A stretch of 63,945 bases of DNA, filler included, from Octopus bimaculoides (GCF_001194135.2; 4 parts of 4 records of this genome joined end to end with filler, not necessarily neighbours in it); one strand, 5' to 3'; positions 29,090 to 41,860 are shown, counted from the whole stretch's first letter. Notes: generated by a model not told the origin, from the sequence alone. Numbers and translations are program-made.

Positions 29090-29189
29090 NNNNNNNNNNN
29101 NNNNNNNNNNNNNNNNNNNNNNNNNNNNNNNNNTTAATTAATTAANNNNNNNNNNNNNNNNNNNNNNNNNNNNNNNNNNNNNNNNNNNN

Positions 29190-32100
29190 CGTTCTTAAAG
29201 CGTACGTTCCTACGTCCGTTCTTGCGTTCTTTCGTTCGTTCATTCGTACGTACGTTCGTTCTTTCGTTCGTACATACGAAAGTACGTTCGTTCGTACGTA
29301 CGTATGTATGTACGTTCGTTCGTTATTTCGTTCTTAAAGCGTACGTTCCTACGTCCGTTCTTGCGTTCTTTCGTTCGTTCATTCGTACGTACGTACGTTC
29401 CTTCGTTCGTACGTACGTACGAAAGTACGTCCGTTCGTTCAATCGTTCGTACCTACGTATTTAAGTACGTTCGTTCGTTCATTCGTTCGTACATACATAC
29501 GTACGTACGTATATACGTTCGTTCGTTTGTACGTACGTACTTATCTACCTGCGTACGTTCGTTCGTTCGCTAGTTCCTTCGCTCGTTGTTTCGTTCGTAC
29601 GTTCGTTCTTTCGTACGTACTTACGTTCGTTCGTTCATTCGTACGTACAAACGGACGTTCGTTTGTTCGTTGTTTCGTTAGTTTGTTCGCTAGTTCGTAC
29701 TTACGCACGTACTTACTTACGAACGTACATCCGTACGTACGTTCGTTCGCTCATTCTTTCGTAACTACGTACGAACGTTCGTTCGTTCGTTCGTTAATTC
29801 GATCGTACATACGTACTTACGATCGTTCGTTCGTAGGTTCGTTCTTCCGCTCGTTCCTTTGATCGTGTCGGTCGTTCTGTCGTACGTTCGTCCGTTCCTT
29901 CGTTCGTACGTTCGGTCGTTGTACGTTCGTAAATACTTACGCTCGTTCGTTCGTTCATTCGTTTATTCGTACGTATGAACGTGCGTACAAATTGACGTTC
30001 GTTTGTTCGTTCCTTCGTTTGCTCGTTCGTACGTACGTACGTTCGCTCATTCTTTCTTACCTACGTTCGTTCGTTCGTTAATTCGATCGTTCATACGTAT
30101 TCACGTACGTAAGTTCGTTCGTTCGTTTGTTTGTTCGTTCGTTTTTTTCGTACCTACGTACGTTAGTTCTTTCGTTGGTTCATTCTTTAGTTAGTTCGTT
30201 CATTCGTTCGTTCGTACGTACGTACCTACGTAGGTAAGTACGTTCGTTCGTACGTACGTTCGTTACATACGTACGTACGTTCGTTGTTTCCTTCGTTCGT
30301 TCGTTCATTCGTACGTTCGTTCTTTCGTTCGTACATACGAAAGTACGTTCGTTCGTACGTAGGTGTGTATGTACGTTCGTTCGTTATTTCGTTCTTAAAA
30401 CGTACGTTCCTACGTTCGTTCTTGCGTTCGTTCGTTCGTACGTATTTACGTACGTTCGTTCTTTCGTTCGTTCATTCGTTCGTACATACATACGTACGTA
30501 CGTATATTACGTTCGTTCGTTTGTACGTACGTACCTGCGTACGTTCGTTCGATCCTTCGTTCGTTCTTACATACGTACGTTCGTTCTTACATACGTACGT
30601 TCGTTTGTTAGTTCGTTCTTTTGTTCGTTCGTGGGATCTTTCAATCGTACGTACGCACGTAAGTTCGTTCTTTCGTTCGTTCAGTTGGTCGTACGCACGT
30701 ATGTACGTACGTTCGTTCGTTATTTCGTTCGTAAAACGTACGTTCCTACGTTCGTTCGTACATACGTAATAACGTAGGTACGTTCTTTCGTTCGTTCGTA
30801 CGTACGTAAGTTCATTTGTTAGTTCGTTCGTACGTTCGTTCGTACATACGTACGTTCGTTCGTTCGTTTGTACGTATGTACTATAGTTTGTTCGTACATA
30901 CGTTTATTCGCTCGTCCGTTCCATCGTTCGTACGTACGGACGTATGTAGATGCTTTCGTTCGTTTATTCGTTCGTCCTTACGTACGTACATACGTTCGTT
31001 CGTTCGTTCAATCGTTCGTTCTTTTGTACGTACGTAGGTACCTTCGTTCGTTCTTTCATTCGTTCGTTCTTTCATTCGTTCGTTCGTTCATTCGTACGTA
31101 AGTTCGTTTATTTGAACGTACGAACGTTCGTTCGTTGATTCGCTCCGTCGTTCGTTAGTTCTTTCGTTGGTTCATTCTTTGGTTAGTTCTTTACTTTGTT
31201 CGTTCGTTCCTTCGTACGTATGTACGTTCGCTTTTTCATTCGTACGTACTACTTAGGTACGTATTTACGTACGTACATTCGATCGTTCTTTCGTACGCAC
31301 TTATCTACGTACGTAAGTTCGTTCGCTAGTTCTATCGCTCGTTCGTTCGTATGTACGTACGTATGTACGATCTTTCGTTCTTACGTACGTTCGTTCCTTC
31401 GATCGCACGTTCGTACATACGTACGTCCGTACGTTCGTTCATTCGTAGTTTCGTTCGTACGGTCGGTGGTACGTACGTTCGTTCATTATTTCGTTCGTAA
31501 TACGCTCGTTCTTGCGTTCGTTAGTTGGATCGTTCGTTCGTTCGCTCGTACGTTCGATCGTACATACGAAATAACGTAGGTACGTTCTTTCGTTCGTTCG
31601 TACGTACGTAAGTTCATTCGGACAAACGAATAAACGAACGAAAGCATCTACATACGTCCGTACGTAGAACGAACTAGCAAATGAATGTACGTCCGTTTGT
31701 TCGTACGTTCGTTCGTTCGTTAATTCGATCGTTCATACGTATTTACGAACGTAAGTTCGTTCGTTGTTCGTTTGTTCATTCGTTTTTTTCATACCTACGT
31801 ACGTTCGTACTTTCGTTCTTTCGATCTTTCATTCGTTCGTTCATTCGTACGTAAGTACGTACCTTCGTTCGTTCATTTATACGTACGTACGTACATTCGT
31901 TCGTTGGTTCGCTCGGTCGTTCATACGTACGTACGTTAATTCATTAGTTGGTTTAATCTTTAGTTAGTTCGTTCGTTCGTACGGACGTATGTACGTTCGT
32001 ACGTTAGTCGTTCGTTCGTTCTTACGTACGTTCGTTCGCTCGTGCACTCATTTTTTCGTGCATACGTACGTACGTTCGTTCGTTCGTTAATTCGATCGTT

Positions 32101-33425
32101 CATACGTATCTACGTACGTAAGTTCGTCCGTTCGTTCGTTTTTTTCGTACCTACGTACGTTCGTTCATTTGTACGTACTTTCGTTTGTTTGTTCGCTCGG
32201 TCGTTCGTATGTACGTACGTTAGTTCGTTAATTCTTTCGTTGGTTCATTATTTAGTTAGTTCGTTCGTTCTTTCGTACATATGTACGTTTGTTCCTTTGT
32301 AAGTTCGTTCGTACGTACATACGTACGTTCGTACATACTTACGTACGAAGGAACGAACGAACGAACGAACGATCGAACGAATAAAAGTATGGACGTACGC
32401 AGATACGTAAGTACGTACGTACAAATGAACGAACGTATATACGTACGTTGGTACGTATTTACGAACGAATGAATGAACGAAGGAACGAACGTACGTAAGC
32501 AAGTACGTACAAACGATCAAACGAACGTACTTTCGTACGTACGTACGTACGAACGATCGATCCAACGAACGGACGAAAGAACGAACGAAGGAAACAACGA
32601 ACGTACGTACGTACGTACAAACGAACGAACATACGTACTTACGAACAAACGAACTTACAAACGAACGTATGTACGAACGAACGAACGTACGAACGAACGA
32701 ACGAACTTACAAAGGAACAAACGTACATACGTACGTGCGTACGAAAGAACGAACGAACTAACGTACGTACGTAGGAACGACCGAGCGAACAAACAAACGA
32801 ACGTACGTACGTACAAATGAACGAACGAACTAACAAACTAATGAAAGAACGAAAGAACGAACGTACGTAGGTACGAAAAAAACGAACGAACGAACGAACA
32901 AACGAAAGAACGAACAACGAACGAACTTACGTAAGTAAATACGTATGAACGATCGAACTAACGAACGAAAGAACGTACGAAATAACGCACGAACGTATGT
33001 ACGTACGTACTGACAAACGAATAAACGAACGAAAACATCTACATACGTGCGTACGTACGAACCAAGGAACGAACGAGCGAATGAACGTACGTACGTATGT
33101 ACGAAGGAACTATAGTACGTACGTACGTACGTACGTATAATAGAACGATCGAACGAAATGACGTACGTATGTACGAGCGTACGAACGAACTAACGTACAA
33201 ACGAACTAACGAATGAACTTACGTACGTACGAACGAACGAAAGAACGTACCTACGTTATTACGTATGTACGATCGAATGTACGAACCAACAAACGCAACA
33301 AGGAACGTACGTTTTACGAACAAACGTACGTACATTCGTACGTGCGAACGACCGAACGTACGTACGAACGACAAAACGAACCTACGTACGTACGTACAAT
33401 TGAAAGAACCCACGAACGAACGTAT
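29190..33425. repeat. Complex (TACG/TTCG)n satellite with higher-order repeats and an orientation inversion at ~32340
   Basis: Directly visible: ttcg/tacg units up to ~32335, then cgaa/tacg units; bounded by 100-bp gaps on both sides. Confidence 0.95.
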
Positions 33426-33803
33426 AAATAAATATATATATAAATAAATATATATATATAAATAAATATATNNNNNNNNNNNNNNNNNNNNNNNNNNNNN
33501 NNNNNNNNNNNNNNNNNNNNNNNNNNNNNNNNNNNNNNNNNNNNNNNNNNNNNNNNNNNNNNNNNNNNNNNATACATACATACATATATATATATATACA
33601 TACATATATATATACACACACGTGTGTGAGTGTGTGCACATGTTGTCTGCATTTCAATGGTTCTGTCTGTGTCTGTGGGTATATTTTCTTACTCTTTTTT
33701 TAATTAAGTTGCACATACTCGTTTGCACTGTAATTAGAATTTCTCAATTTCTAGATCTGTTTTTGCTTTCTTATTACCAATAATATGTCTGTCTGTCTGT
33801 GTT

Positions 33804-34026
33804 AAGGCAGTGATCTGGCAGAATCGTTAGCACGCCAGACAAAATTGCTTAGTGGCATTTTCTCTGTCTCTACGTTCTGAGTTCAAATTCCACCGAGGCC
33901 AACTTAGCCTTTCATCCTTTCAAAGTTGATAAATTAGGTACCAGTTATGTACTGGGGGCGATGTAATCGACTTAACTTCTCCCCTCAGATATCAGGCCTT
34001 GTGCCTTTAGTACAAAGGATTATTAT
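33804..34026 (+). mobile_element. SINE family B, full length, (ATT)n tail
   Basis: aaggcagtgatctggcagaatcgttagc...ctgagttcaaattccaccgagg...gcctttcatcc...ggccttgtgcc. Confidence 0.88.
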
Positions 34027-34036
34027 TATGTCGGTG

Positions 34037-34238
34037 AAGCAGCAAAAGCTGGCAGCATTGTTACTGCACTGGAAAAGATGCTTAGCTGCATTTTGTCTGT
34101 CTTTACGTTGTGAGTTCAAATGCCACCAAGGCTGGCTTTACTTTTTATCCTTTCAGGTTCAACAAAATGTAATCGACTTGACCCCCCAGCCCCCGCCGCC
34201 GCTCCTTTGAAACTGCTGGCCTTGTGCCAAAATTTGAA
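34037..34238 (+). mobile_element. SINE family B, tandem second copy
   Basis: gctggcagcattgtta...gtgagttcaaatgccaccaagg...gctggccttgtgccaaaatttgaaatc. Confidence 0.8.
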
Positions 34239-35509
34239 ATCAATATTAACCCATTAGCATTCAGATCATTCTGTCAGACCTGTGTAATGATGGACATTAA
34301 AACGATGATGATGATGAAGATGAAGAAGATGATGATGATGGTGATGATAACTCCCTTTGACCATCGTAAGTTTCTGCAGTTTTATTAGGACTGCCACGAA
34401 GCTAAACAACAACAACAACATCCTCCAGGTTGAAACAGGTGGTGAGTTATGGAATCAAAGAAACAAAAATAAGTTGTTTAGATTGTTTTACTTACAATGT
34501 GTAGTCTGGATGGTTGGTGAAGAAATCTACTAGACAGGTGAGAAGGTACATCACTGAAAGAAAAAGAATATATACCCAGTTATATACACAGATAGTTGTA
34601 CAGATATTTATGCGTGTATACTGATACACAAGTATATATACACACATACACATATGTAAATATACACACACATATAAATAAATAATATGGGTGGCTTGTT
34701 AATAACTTTTCAGCTGAAAGGCAAAAATATATATATGTCACTAAAGCAACTGAGGATGTTATTCAGCACCAGTATTGCTAGAAATAAGAGTTAAAACAAC
34801 TCATAGCTACAATAAGCACCGTCTTATTGACTGACAAGGAAGGCAAGCTCATAGGAGGTAAGGTGAAATAACGACAAGACAGCAGAGTGTAATGAGATGA
34901 AGGACAAAGATTTGACTGTTATTTCTAGCAAGCCAAGGCATTCCCCCCACTCACCTGCCACGTTGGTTGAAAGGTTAGTCTTGTGTTTGTGTTACTGACA
35001 GAGAGAAACCACATGTGTTTATTGTGCTACTAGTTTATTTAACTGGGGTACTGGGGTATTGTTGTTACAGGGCTGGTGTATAAAGATGGGACCCCATAAA
35101 GATGGGACCACATGTATTTGCTATGGCACCAGATTATCTTAGTTGAAGAGTTAGTGGCTAAGTGGGGTAGNNNNNNNNNNNNNNNNNNNNNNNNNNNNNN
35201 NNNNNNNNNNNNNNNNNNNNNNNNNNNNNNNNNNNNNNNNNNNNNNNNNNNNNNNNNNNNNNNNNNNNNNNNNNNNNNNNNNNNNGGATGTGTACGGGGG
35301 GGGCTAGAGTAAGGGTGGGGCTTTAAGCCTGAGAGAAACCTTATGGTGAAATGTATCCTTTTCTTGTAAGCATCCTCTACTCCTCGCCCACCACATCTTT
35401 GTTGGCATCATCATCAATACCATCACCATGACAACCATCATGATGACGATGATGATGGTAGGGAGAGGCCACCATCAATCATCACCATCATCTCATCACA
35501 CATCTCCAC

Positions 35510-35625
35510 CACTCCAAAGGTTTTAGTTGGCCTGGGGCTATAAACAGAAAGATACTTGCTCAAGGTACCATACAGTGGGATTGAACTTAAAACAATGTGC
35601 TTACAATCTGGCCTTCTTAGCAACC
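35510..35625 (-). mobile_element. SINE family A, degenerate 5' half
   Basis: ggcctggggctataaacagaaagatacttgctcaaggtaccatacagtgggattgaac. Confidence 0.7.
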
Positions 35626-35952
35626 TATTGATGTTTTTTAAAAACTGATTTTTAAAAAATTATATTTATTAATTATTTACTTTGTTTTGCATTTATTTTG
35701 CAAGACTCTTGATTTGAAATGGTGTGTTGAAGCCAACATTGCATTCTGGGAGGGTTGTATTACCAACAAGGACACATGCACTGGTTATGTTTCACTTTAG
35801 GTTTATCACCACTCAATTTGATAACTGACTAACTGATTAACAAATAGATTAATTATCTAACTGATTGGTTATAGAACTGAACTTAGACACGTAACACTGT
35901 GTAACAAAATCTTTATTTTTATTTTCTGTCTTTGGTCAGTAAGAATTATTAT

Positions 35953-36080
35953 CTAGATCCACTCACAAGGCTTTGGTTGGCTATAGTAGAAGACTCTTGG
36001 CCAAGGTGCCATGCTGTGGGACTGAACCCGGAACCGTGTGATTGGTAAGCAAGCTACTTACCACACACTCATTCCTGCGC
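35953..36080 (-). mobile_element. SINE family A, 5' half
   Basis: ccactcacaaggctttggttggctatagtagaagac...gggactgaacccggaaccgtgtgattggtaagcaagctacttaccacac. Confidence 0.85.
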
Positions 36081-36630
36081 CTATATATATATATATATAT
36101 ATNNNNNNNNNNNNNNNNNNNNNNNNNNNNNNNNNNNNNNNNNNNNNNNNNNNNNNNNNNNNNNNNNNNNNNNNNNNNNNNNNNNNNNNNNNNNNNNNNN
36201 NNNNNNNNNNNNNNNNNNNNNNNNNNNNNNNNNNNNNNNNNNNNNNNNNNNNNNNNNNNNNNNNNNNNNNNNNNNNNNNNNNNNNNNNNNNNNNNNNNNN
36301 NNNNNNNNNNNNNNNNNNNNNNNNNNNNNNNNNNNNNNNNNNNNNNNNNNNNNNNNNNNNNNNNNNNNNNNNNNNNNNNNNNNNNNNNNNNNNNNNNNNN
36401 NNNNNNNNNNNNNNNNNNNNNNNNNNNNNNNNNNNNNNNNNNNNNNNNNNNNNNNNNNNNNNNNNNNNNNNNNNNNNNNNNNNNNNNNNNNNNNNNNNNN
36501 NNNNNNNNNNNNNNNAAATAAGATTAAGATTAAGATTAATGTAATATAAAGCTGAAAAAAAAAAATTAACACCAAATATACAGTGCGTGTGTTTTTATTG
36601 GCTAAACTGGCAATATGACCATCCCCAAGT

Positions 36631-36674
<44 letters not shown>

Positions 36675-37057
36675 TAGTGAGCACATAAGTACAAAACAAG
36701 GTGGGAAAAATAGTACTCAATTACCAAAGGTAGAGTAATATGTTTTTATCCACAATGAGATGCTTTGATTCACCACAACTGAGAATGTGAAACAGTGAGT
36801 AATAGTTCTGTGATAATTTTGCAGCTTTAATAAAAGTGTGTGTGTGTGTCTGTAAATATGTATGTATATGTTATTATTTTTGTGATTGGTATGTGTATGC
36901 ATACATGTATGTGTGTGTGTGTGCATGTGTTTGTGGACATATATGTCTTTTTTTTGCTGTTTGTTTTGTTTGTATACATGTGTGTATGTACACGTGTGTG
37001 TGTGTGTGTGTGTGCATATGCATTCGTGTGTGTATGTTTATTGTGATGTCTCCATAG

Positions 37058-37230
37058 GTCAGCTACTCGCAGTTGAACTGCCCCAGGAAGGGAGAGACAC
37101 ATTGGAGATATCGAAGCGGGCAACATCAACACCAGCTGCACATTTCAGCTGCAACACCTGCGTCAGCACTGAGCTGCTCCACCCTGCAGCAGATCATTTA
37201 TAAATATTATGATAGATGCGGCATGCATCG
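37058..37230 (+). CDS. Candidate exon in a GC-balanced unique island (VSYSQLNCPRKGETHWRY...DRCGMH)
   Basis: Acceptor gtctccatag; phase-0 frame open to CG|GTAGTT and compatible with the 28346-28410 exon; frame and strand ambiguous. Confidence 0.25.
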
Positions 37231-37375
37231 GTAGTTGTGTAACAGTGGGGTGGGGGTGGGGCAGTGGAGGTAGTGTGTTGTGATAGATGTGTGGTGGTGA
37301 TGGCGGAGGTGGTGTGTGTGTGTAGCATGTTGCAGTGTTGAACAGCTGTCAATGTTAAATGTAGTCTTCCTGTTA

Positions 37376-37770
37376 TCTTTTATCTTTTACTTGTCTCACT
37401 CATTACACTGAGGCCATGCTGGAGCACTGACTTAAAGACTTTTTAGTCAAATGAATCAACCCCAGTACTCATCTTTTTCTAAAGCCTGGCACTTACTTTA
37501 ACTAGTCTCTTTGGGCAAACTGCTAAGTTACAGGGATGTAAACACACCAACACCGGTTGTCAAGTGGTGGTGGGGGACAAACATTAACACAAACACACAT
37601 ACATAAATGATGGGCTTCTTTCAGTTTCCACCAAACAAATCCATTCACAAGCCTTTGGTTGGTCTGAGGTTATAGTAGGAGACACTTGCCCAAGGTACCA
37701 CACAGTGGGACTGAACCAGGAACCATGTGGTTGGTAAGTAAGCTACTTACCACACAGCCACTCCTGCACT
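37376..37770 (-). mobile_element. SINE family A, full length
   Basis: Both halves present: ttttacttgtctcactc...gggactgaaccaggaaccatgtggttggtaagtaagctacttaccacacagcc. Confidence 0.88.
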
Positions 37771-37796
37771 TATATTTATATATAAGTATGTGTGTA

Positions 37797-38092
37797 TGTA
37801 TGAGGGGGTGCTGAAAAGTTCCTGGCTTTAAGGGCATCGTGAAAATTCTTGCATTGGCCTCTGAACAGGTATCGCCATGACAACTTTCTCTGTCATGGTC
37901 AATGCAATGATCATACGCTACACACTTTCCTTCCAAGCACTGCTGTAAACAACAGAAGTGAGCTAGAAAGTTAAAACTTAGTGTACAAGCACAGCAGGGT
38001 TCAAGCTCAATCTGTGCCAAGTGGCTTCACTCTGCGTGCGTTAGCTTCATTACTATGGTAACAGTCCAGATACTTATTGATAACACCTTGTA
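37797..38092. mobile_element. Non-autonomous mariner-type element with two divergent TIR-like ends
   Basis: Left tatgagggggtgctgaaaagttcctggc; right (revcomp) tacaaggtgttatcaataagtatctgg; TA at both ends. Confidence 0.55.
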
Positions 38093-38121
38093 TGTGTATG
38101 TTTTTATATATACATACATGC

Positions 38122-38157
<36 letters not shown>

Positions 38158-38354
38158 GTATATATGTGTATATATGCACGTGCACATGTGCATGTTTGTG
38201 TGTGTGTGTGTGTGTTCTTAAAGGAAAACACTTCCTTATAAGGAAATTAAAACACAGGCCCAGCCAGTTAATATTCTTCAGGTTATCAGAAATGACATCA
38301 CTGCCACCACCATCACCATCCCTACCACTTCACTACCACCACCACCTGCAGTAA

Positions 38355-38386
<32 letters not shown>

Positions 38387-39770
38387 ACAACAGGTTCAAT
38401 CCGGACAGACCCGGAGCTAATCAGCAAGTGTACAGCCATCACCGCCATTATTGCCGTTATTATCATGTTCTCTGATAAGCCATCCAGGTTTTCTGTGGCA
38501 CTAATTATGAAAGTAATTAGCATGGGAGGGTGGGGTTGGAGAGAGAGGTGGTTATAAAGATTTGCAGACAGTGTGGAGAGGAGGAGGAGGAGGAATGAAA
38601 GAAGGTGTTATGTGAAACGTGGATGAAGAATCTGGGAGAGACGGAGAAGGAATTACATAATTACACACACTCACACACACAAACAAAACTACATACAGAC
38701 AAAGGATTATGATATCTGGGACTATAAAAAAATCCTGCAAGACTTCCTTGAGGTTTAAAAGATGGTTACGAAAAGAAGACCCTTTCCTTCACAACCTGGC
38801 TACCAAGGAGGTGGTCGGTCAGAATGGATTTTAAATGCTTTCAATCCAACATATTCTGTGTCTGAATGCAAAAAGGGTTCCGGATATTCACAGCTGGATG
38901 AGCTTTGATCAGGGGTCTGCAGGAAGAGGGCTTACTGTGCTGGGGGATGAGAAAGAACCACAACAACAACAACTGCAACAGAGGAAACAAAAACAACAGC
39001 AGCAACAACAACAACAACACCAGCAGAAACTACAACAACTGCAACAGCAACAACAGTAGCAGCAGCAGTAACAACAACAACAACAATACCATCAAATACA
39101 ATTTGGAAGCAGAACCAAAATAAGATAACTGGATTATGAAAGAGAGTTATTGTTTTTTTTTTCTTTCCTTTTGCTTTTTTTTTTTCTAAAAGTTCTTCCT
39201 TGAACCAATGAAAACCAAATATTATAAAAAATTTTTTTTAAATGGAAAAAATATCTCCGGGAACTAATAATGGTTTGTCATCTCGTGTGGTGTGGTGCTT
39301 GAAATGGTTCCAATATTGATCAATTTTTATGCTTCAAGAAACACAAAGAGAAGCAAAATGGTAAAACAACAGANNNNNNNNNNNNNNNNNNNNNNNNNNN
39401 NNNNNNNNNNNNNNNNNNNNNNNNNNNNNNNNNNNNNNNNNNNNNNNNNNAGAATTCCTTTCAATCCAAATGTGACAAAAAAAAAAAGCAGAACAAAAAA
39501 AAACATATCGAAAGAAATAGTTTTTTTGTTTTTAAGTTTTTTTTAAAACCATTTTTCTAATTTTTCTTTTCCTTTTGGAACGTATTTGTTTTGTTAAAAC
39601 CAATTTTGGCCTCAAGCACCGTGGCCCACCACAGGCTTCCTTCCCATCTTACATAGAATAAAACCATCAAGGGAGTTTCCAGGTGGCGTGGTTCACTTGA
39701 TCTGCTAGAAATATCAGTTAAATCTCCCTTTAACTCACACACTCTGCTAGCTTAAAAGAAAGGACAGATC

Positions 39771-40135
39771 ACTCATCATCTTCTAGAGATGTTCTTCCAC
39801 TTTTGAAGCACTCATGCCACTCAAAACATCCGTTACTTCATCGCCATAAGCCTGCCGAAGCATGCTCAATGTCTCTGTAGTAAACGTCTCAAGTTTAACG
39901 CAAAATTTCATCTCAGCTCTTTGTTCCAACTTCCTGTTCTTGACAAAAATCGCAGACTACTACAGCATGATCACAAAAACACAAATGTCACAACTTGTGA
40001 AGGAAACACAGTGATGTCACTCAGCACACTGCCTCACGAAGGTCATTGGTTGCTCTCACTGCCAATGCAGCTGTGTGCTGCCATCTGTTGGCATGCTACA
40101 GAACTAGTCTGAGAGCTTTTTGATACCACCTTGTA
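39771..40135 (-). mobile_element. mariner transposon 5' end with N-terminal transposase HTH remnant
   Basis: Minus strand LEQRAEMKFCVKLE...ETLSMLRQAYGDE / CFEWH-CFKSGRTSLEDDE; terminal TAcaaggtggtatcaaaaag TIR. Confidence 0.85.
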
Positions 40136-41827
40136 CATACATATGTACATAAGTTGCAGGTTGTGAATCGAAGGAAGATTTGGCTGCTATTTCTACCACG
40201 GCTAGCTACCACATAGCAGTTCCCCAATTGGCTCATTATACATACACACATACACAAGACAGCAGGATATGAATTGAAAGGAGATTTGGCAGCAACTCAG
40301 CTGCTATTTCTAGTGGGTCAAAAGACCACATGACCGACACCGACCCATGTTGAGTTTCTCCTCGTTGGTTCATTGTTTTACAGTAAGGGGTGAGGAATGG
40401 GGCTAGAGATGTACCCAGGGGGGGGGGGGAAATCGGCTACCTCAGGTTGATAGCTGTTCTTTCACAGATATTTTCTGCAAGATTTAACGACCAATGCCTG
40501 CTAATGTCTTTATCACATGTTACCATTTCCTTCCTCTTCTGCCTTATCATCATCATCATCATCATCCCTACCATCTCTCCGTGTCCCATGTCCTTCCCTT
40601 TGTTTCTACAGGAAAAATTTTCTTTTTTGGGGGGGCGGGGGAGATTCTCTATCAGTTTTCTTTTTCTTCTTTTGTGGGGGAGTGGGGTGAATGTTCCCCA
40701 TGCTTTTTTTTCCAGTTCTTTTTGGGGTTTTTTTTATTACTTTTTGTTGTTTTTGATCACTGGTGTTGTTGTTGATGTTGTAGTTGTTGCTGTTTATGCT
40801 GTAGTGTAAGTCTGTTGTTGATAAAGATGTTAAAAGGGTCTTGTTTGTTGGCTCTTTATTTTCCAATTTTATTTTTCAGCCGAGAGAGAGAAAGATTAAG
40901 GATGTTGTTTTTGTTTTTAAATTTCACTTTGAAGCTCCAAACATGTTTCGGATTCATGCTGTCAGGTTCATTTGAGATGCTTGCGTGTGCATGTGTGTGA
41001 ATGTAGGTGTAGATGTGTATGTGTGTGAATGTAGGTGTAGATGTGTATGTGTGTGTATGTGCTGGCAAAGAGAAGAAACAAGTACTACACTAACAAAAAC
41101 AACAGCAACAACAACAAACACCCCTCTTTATCGGGAATTACAAAATGGTGAATCTCACCCACCTGCCCATCTACCCACCCATCCATCCACCTGCAGTGGA
41201 ACCATTTAAATAAAAATACAAATAAACAGGGTGGAGAAGGAATGTTCTTAGAAAGAATTAGATTTGACAATTTTGCAACTTTGGCAACGGTCCATTGACT
41301 TCCAGGGTAGATGGATAGATAGATGGTGGTACAGAATGGTGTGTGTGTGGGGGGGGGGGGAGAAATGGTAGAATGGTGGTGGTGGTGGCGATNNNNNNNN
41401 NNGGGGGGGGGGGAGAAATGGTAGAATGGTGGTGGTGGTGGCGATGTGGGTGGCAGTGGTGTGGAGGGGAAGTACTGCCCCCCTCCTCTGCTGTGAGTTT
41501 TATTATGCAGGGCTGAATTTTTAGGGTGAGAAACAAGTAGGGCATTATCTCTATGCACCTCATCCACCCTGAATCTTCGTATGTGCACAAAAACATGCGC
41601 ATACAAGTGTGTGTGTGTGTGTGTGATGCTTACACATATATATAGGCATGCAAAAGGTATATGCACACAAAACCACAGCTATATGCAATGGTATACACAC
41701 ACACACACATACACACATGCAGACTTCAATGCTTTACACATACACACATATATGCACACACACGTATATACACAGAGATGGATGGATGGATGGATGGATG
41801 GATAGATAGACAGACAGACAGATAGCA

Positions 41828-41860
<33 letters not shown>

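Noticed and set aside
29190-33425. CRISPR-like or UUCG-tetraloop array interpretation of the satellite
   Set aside because: No constant repeat with unique spacers, eukaryotic context and no cas genes; TTCG units are not in C(UUCG)G closing context.
29222-33447. Many RSFV/RTYV/NERT-rich ORFs
   Set aside because: Translations of the tetranucleotide satellite, which is poor in stop codons.
38835-39059. Poly-Q ORF
   Set aside because: A degenerate (CAA/CAG)n tract, open in several frames like other trinucleotide tracts here.
41349-41445. Tandem duplication of a G-rich 43-mer (G4 candidate)
   Set aside because: The copies sit on either side of a 10-N gap, typical of overlapping contig ends.
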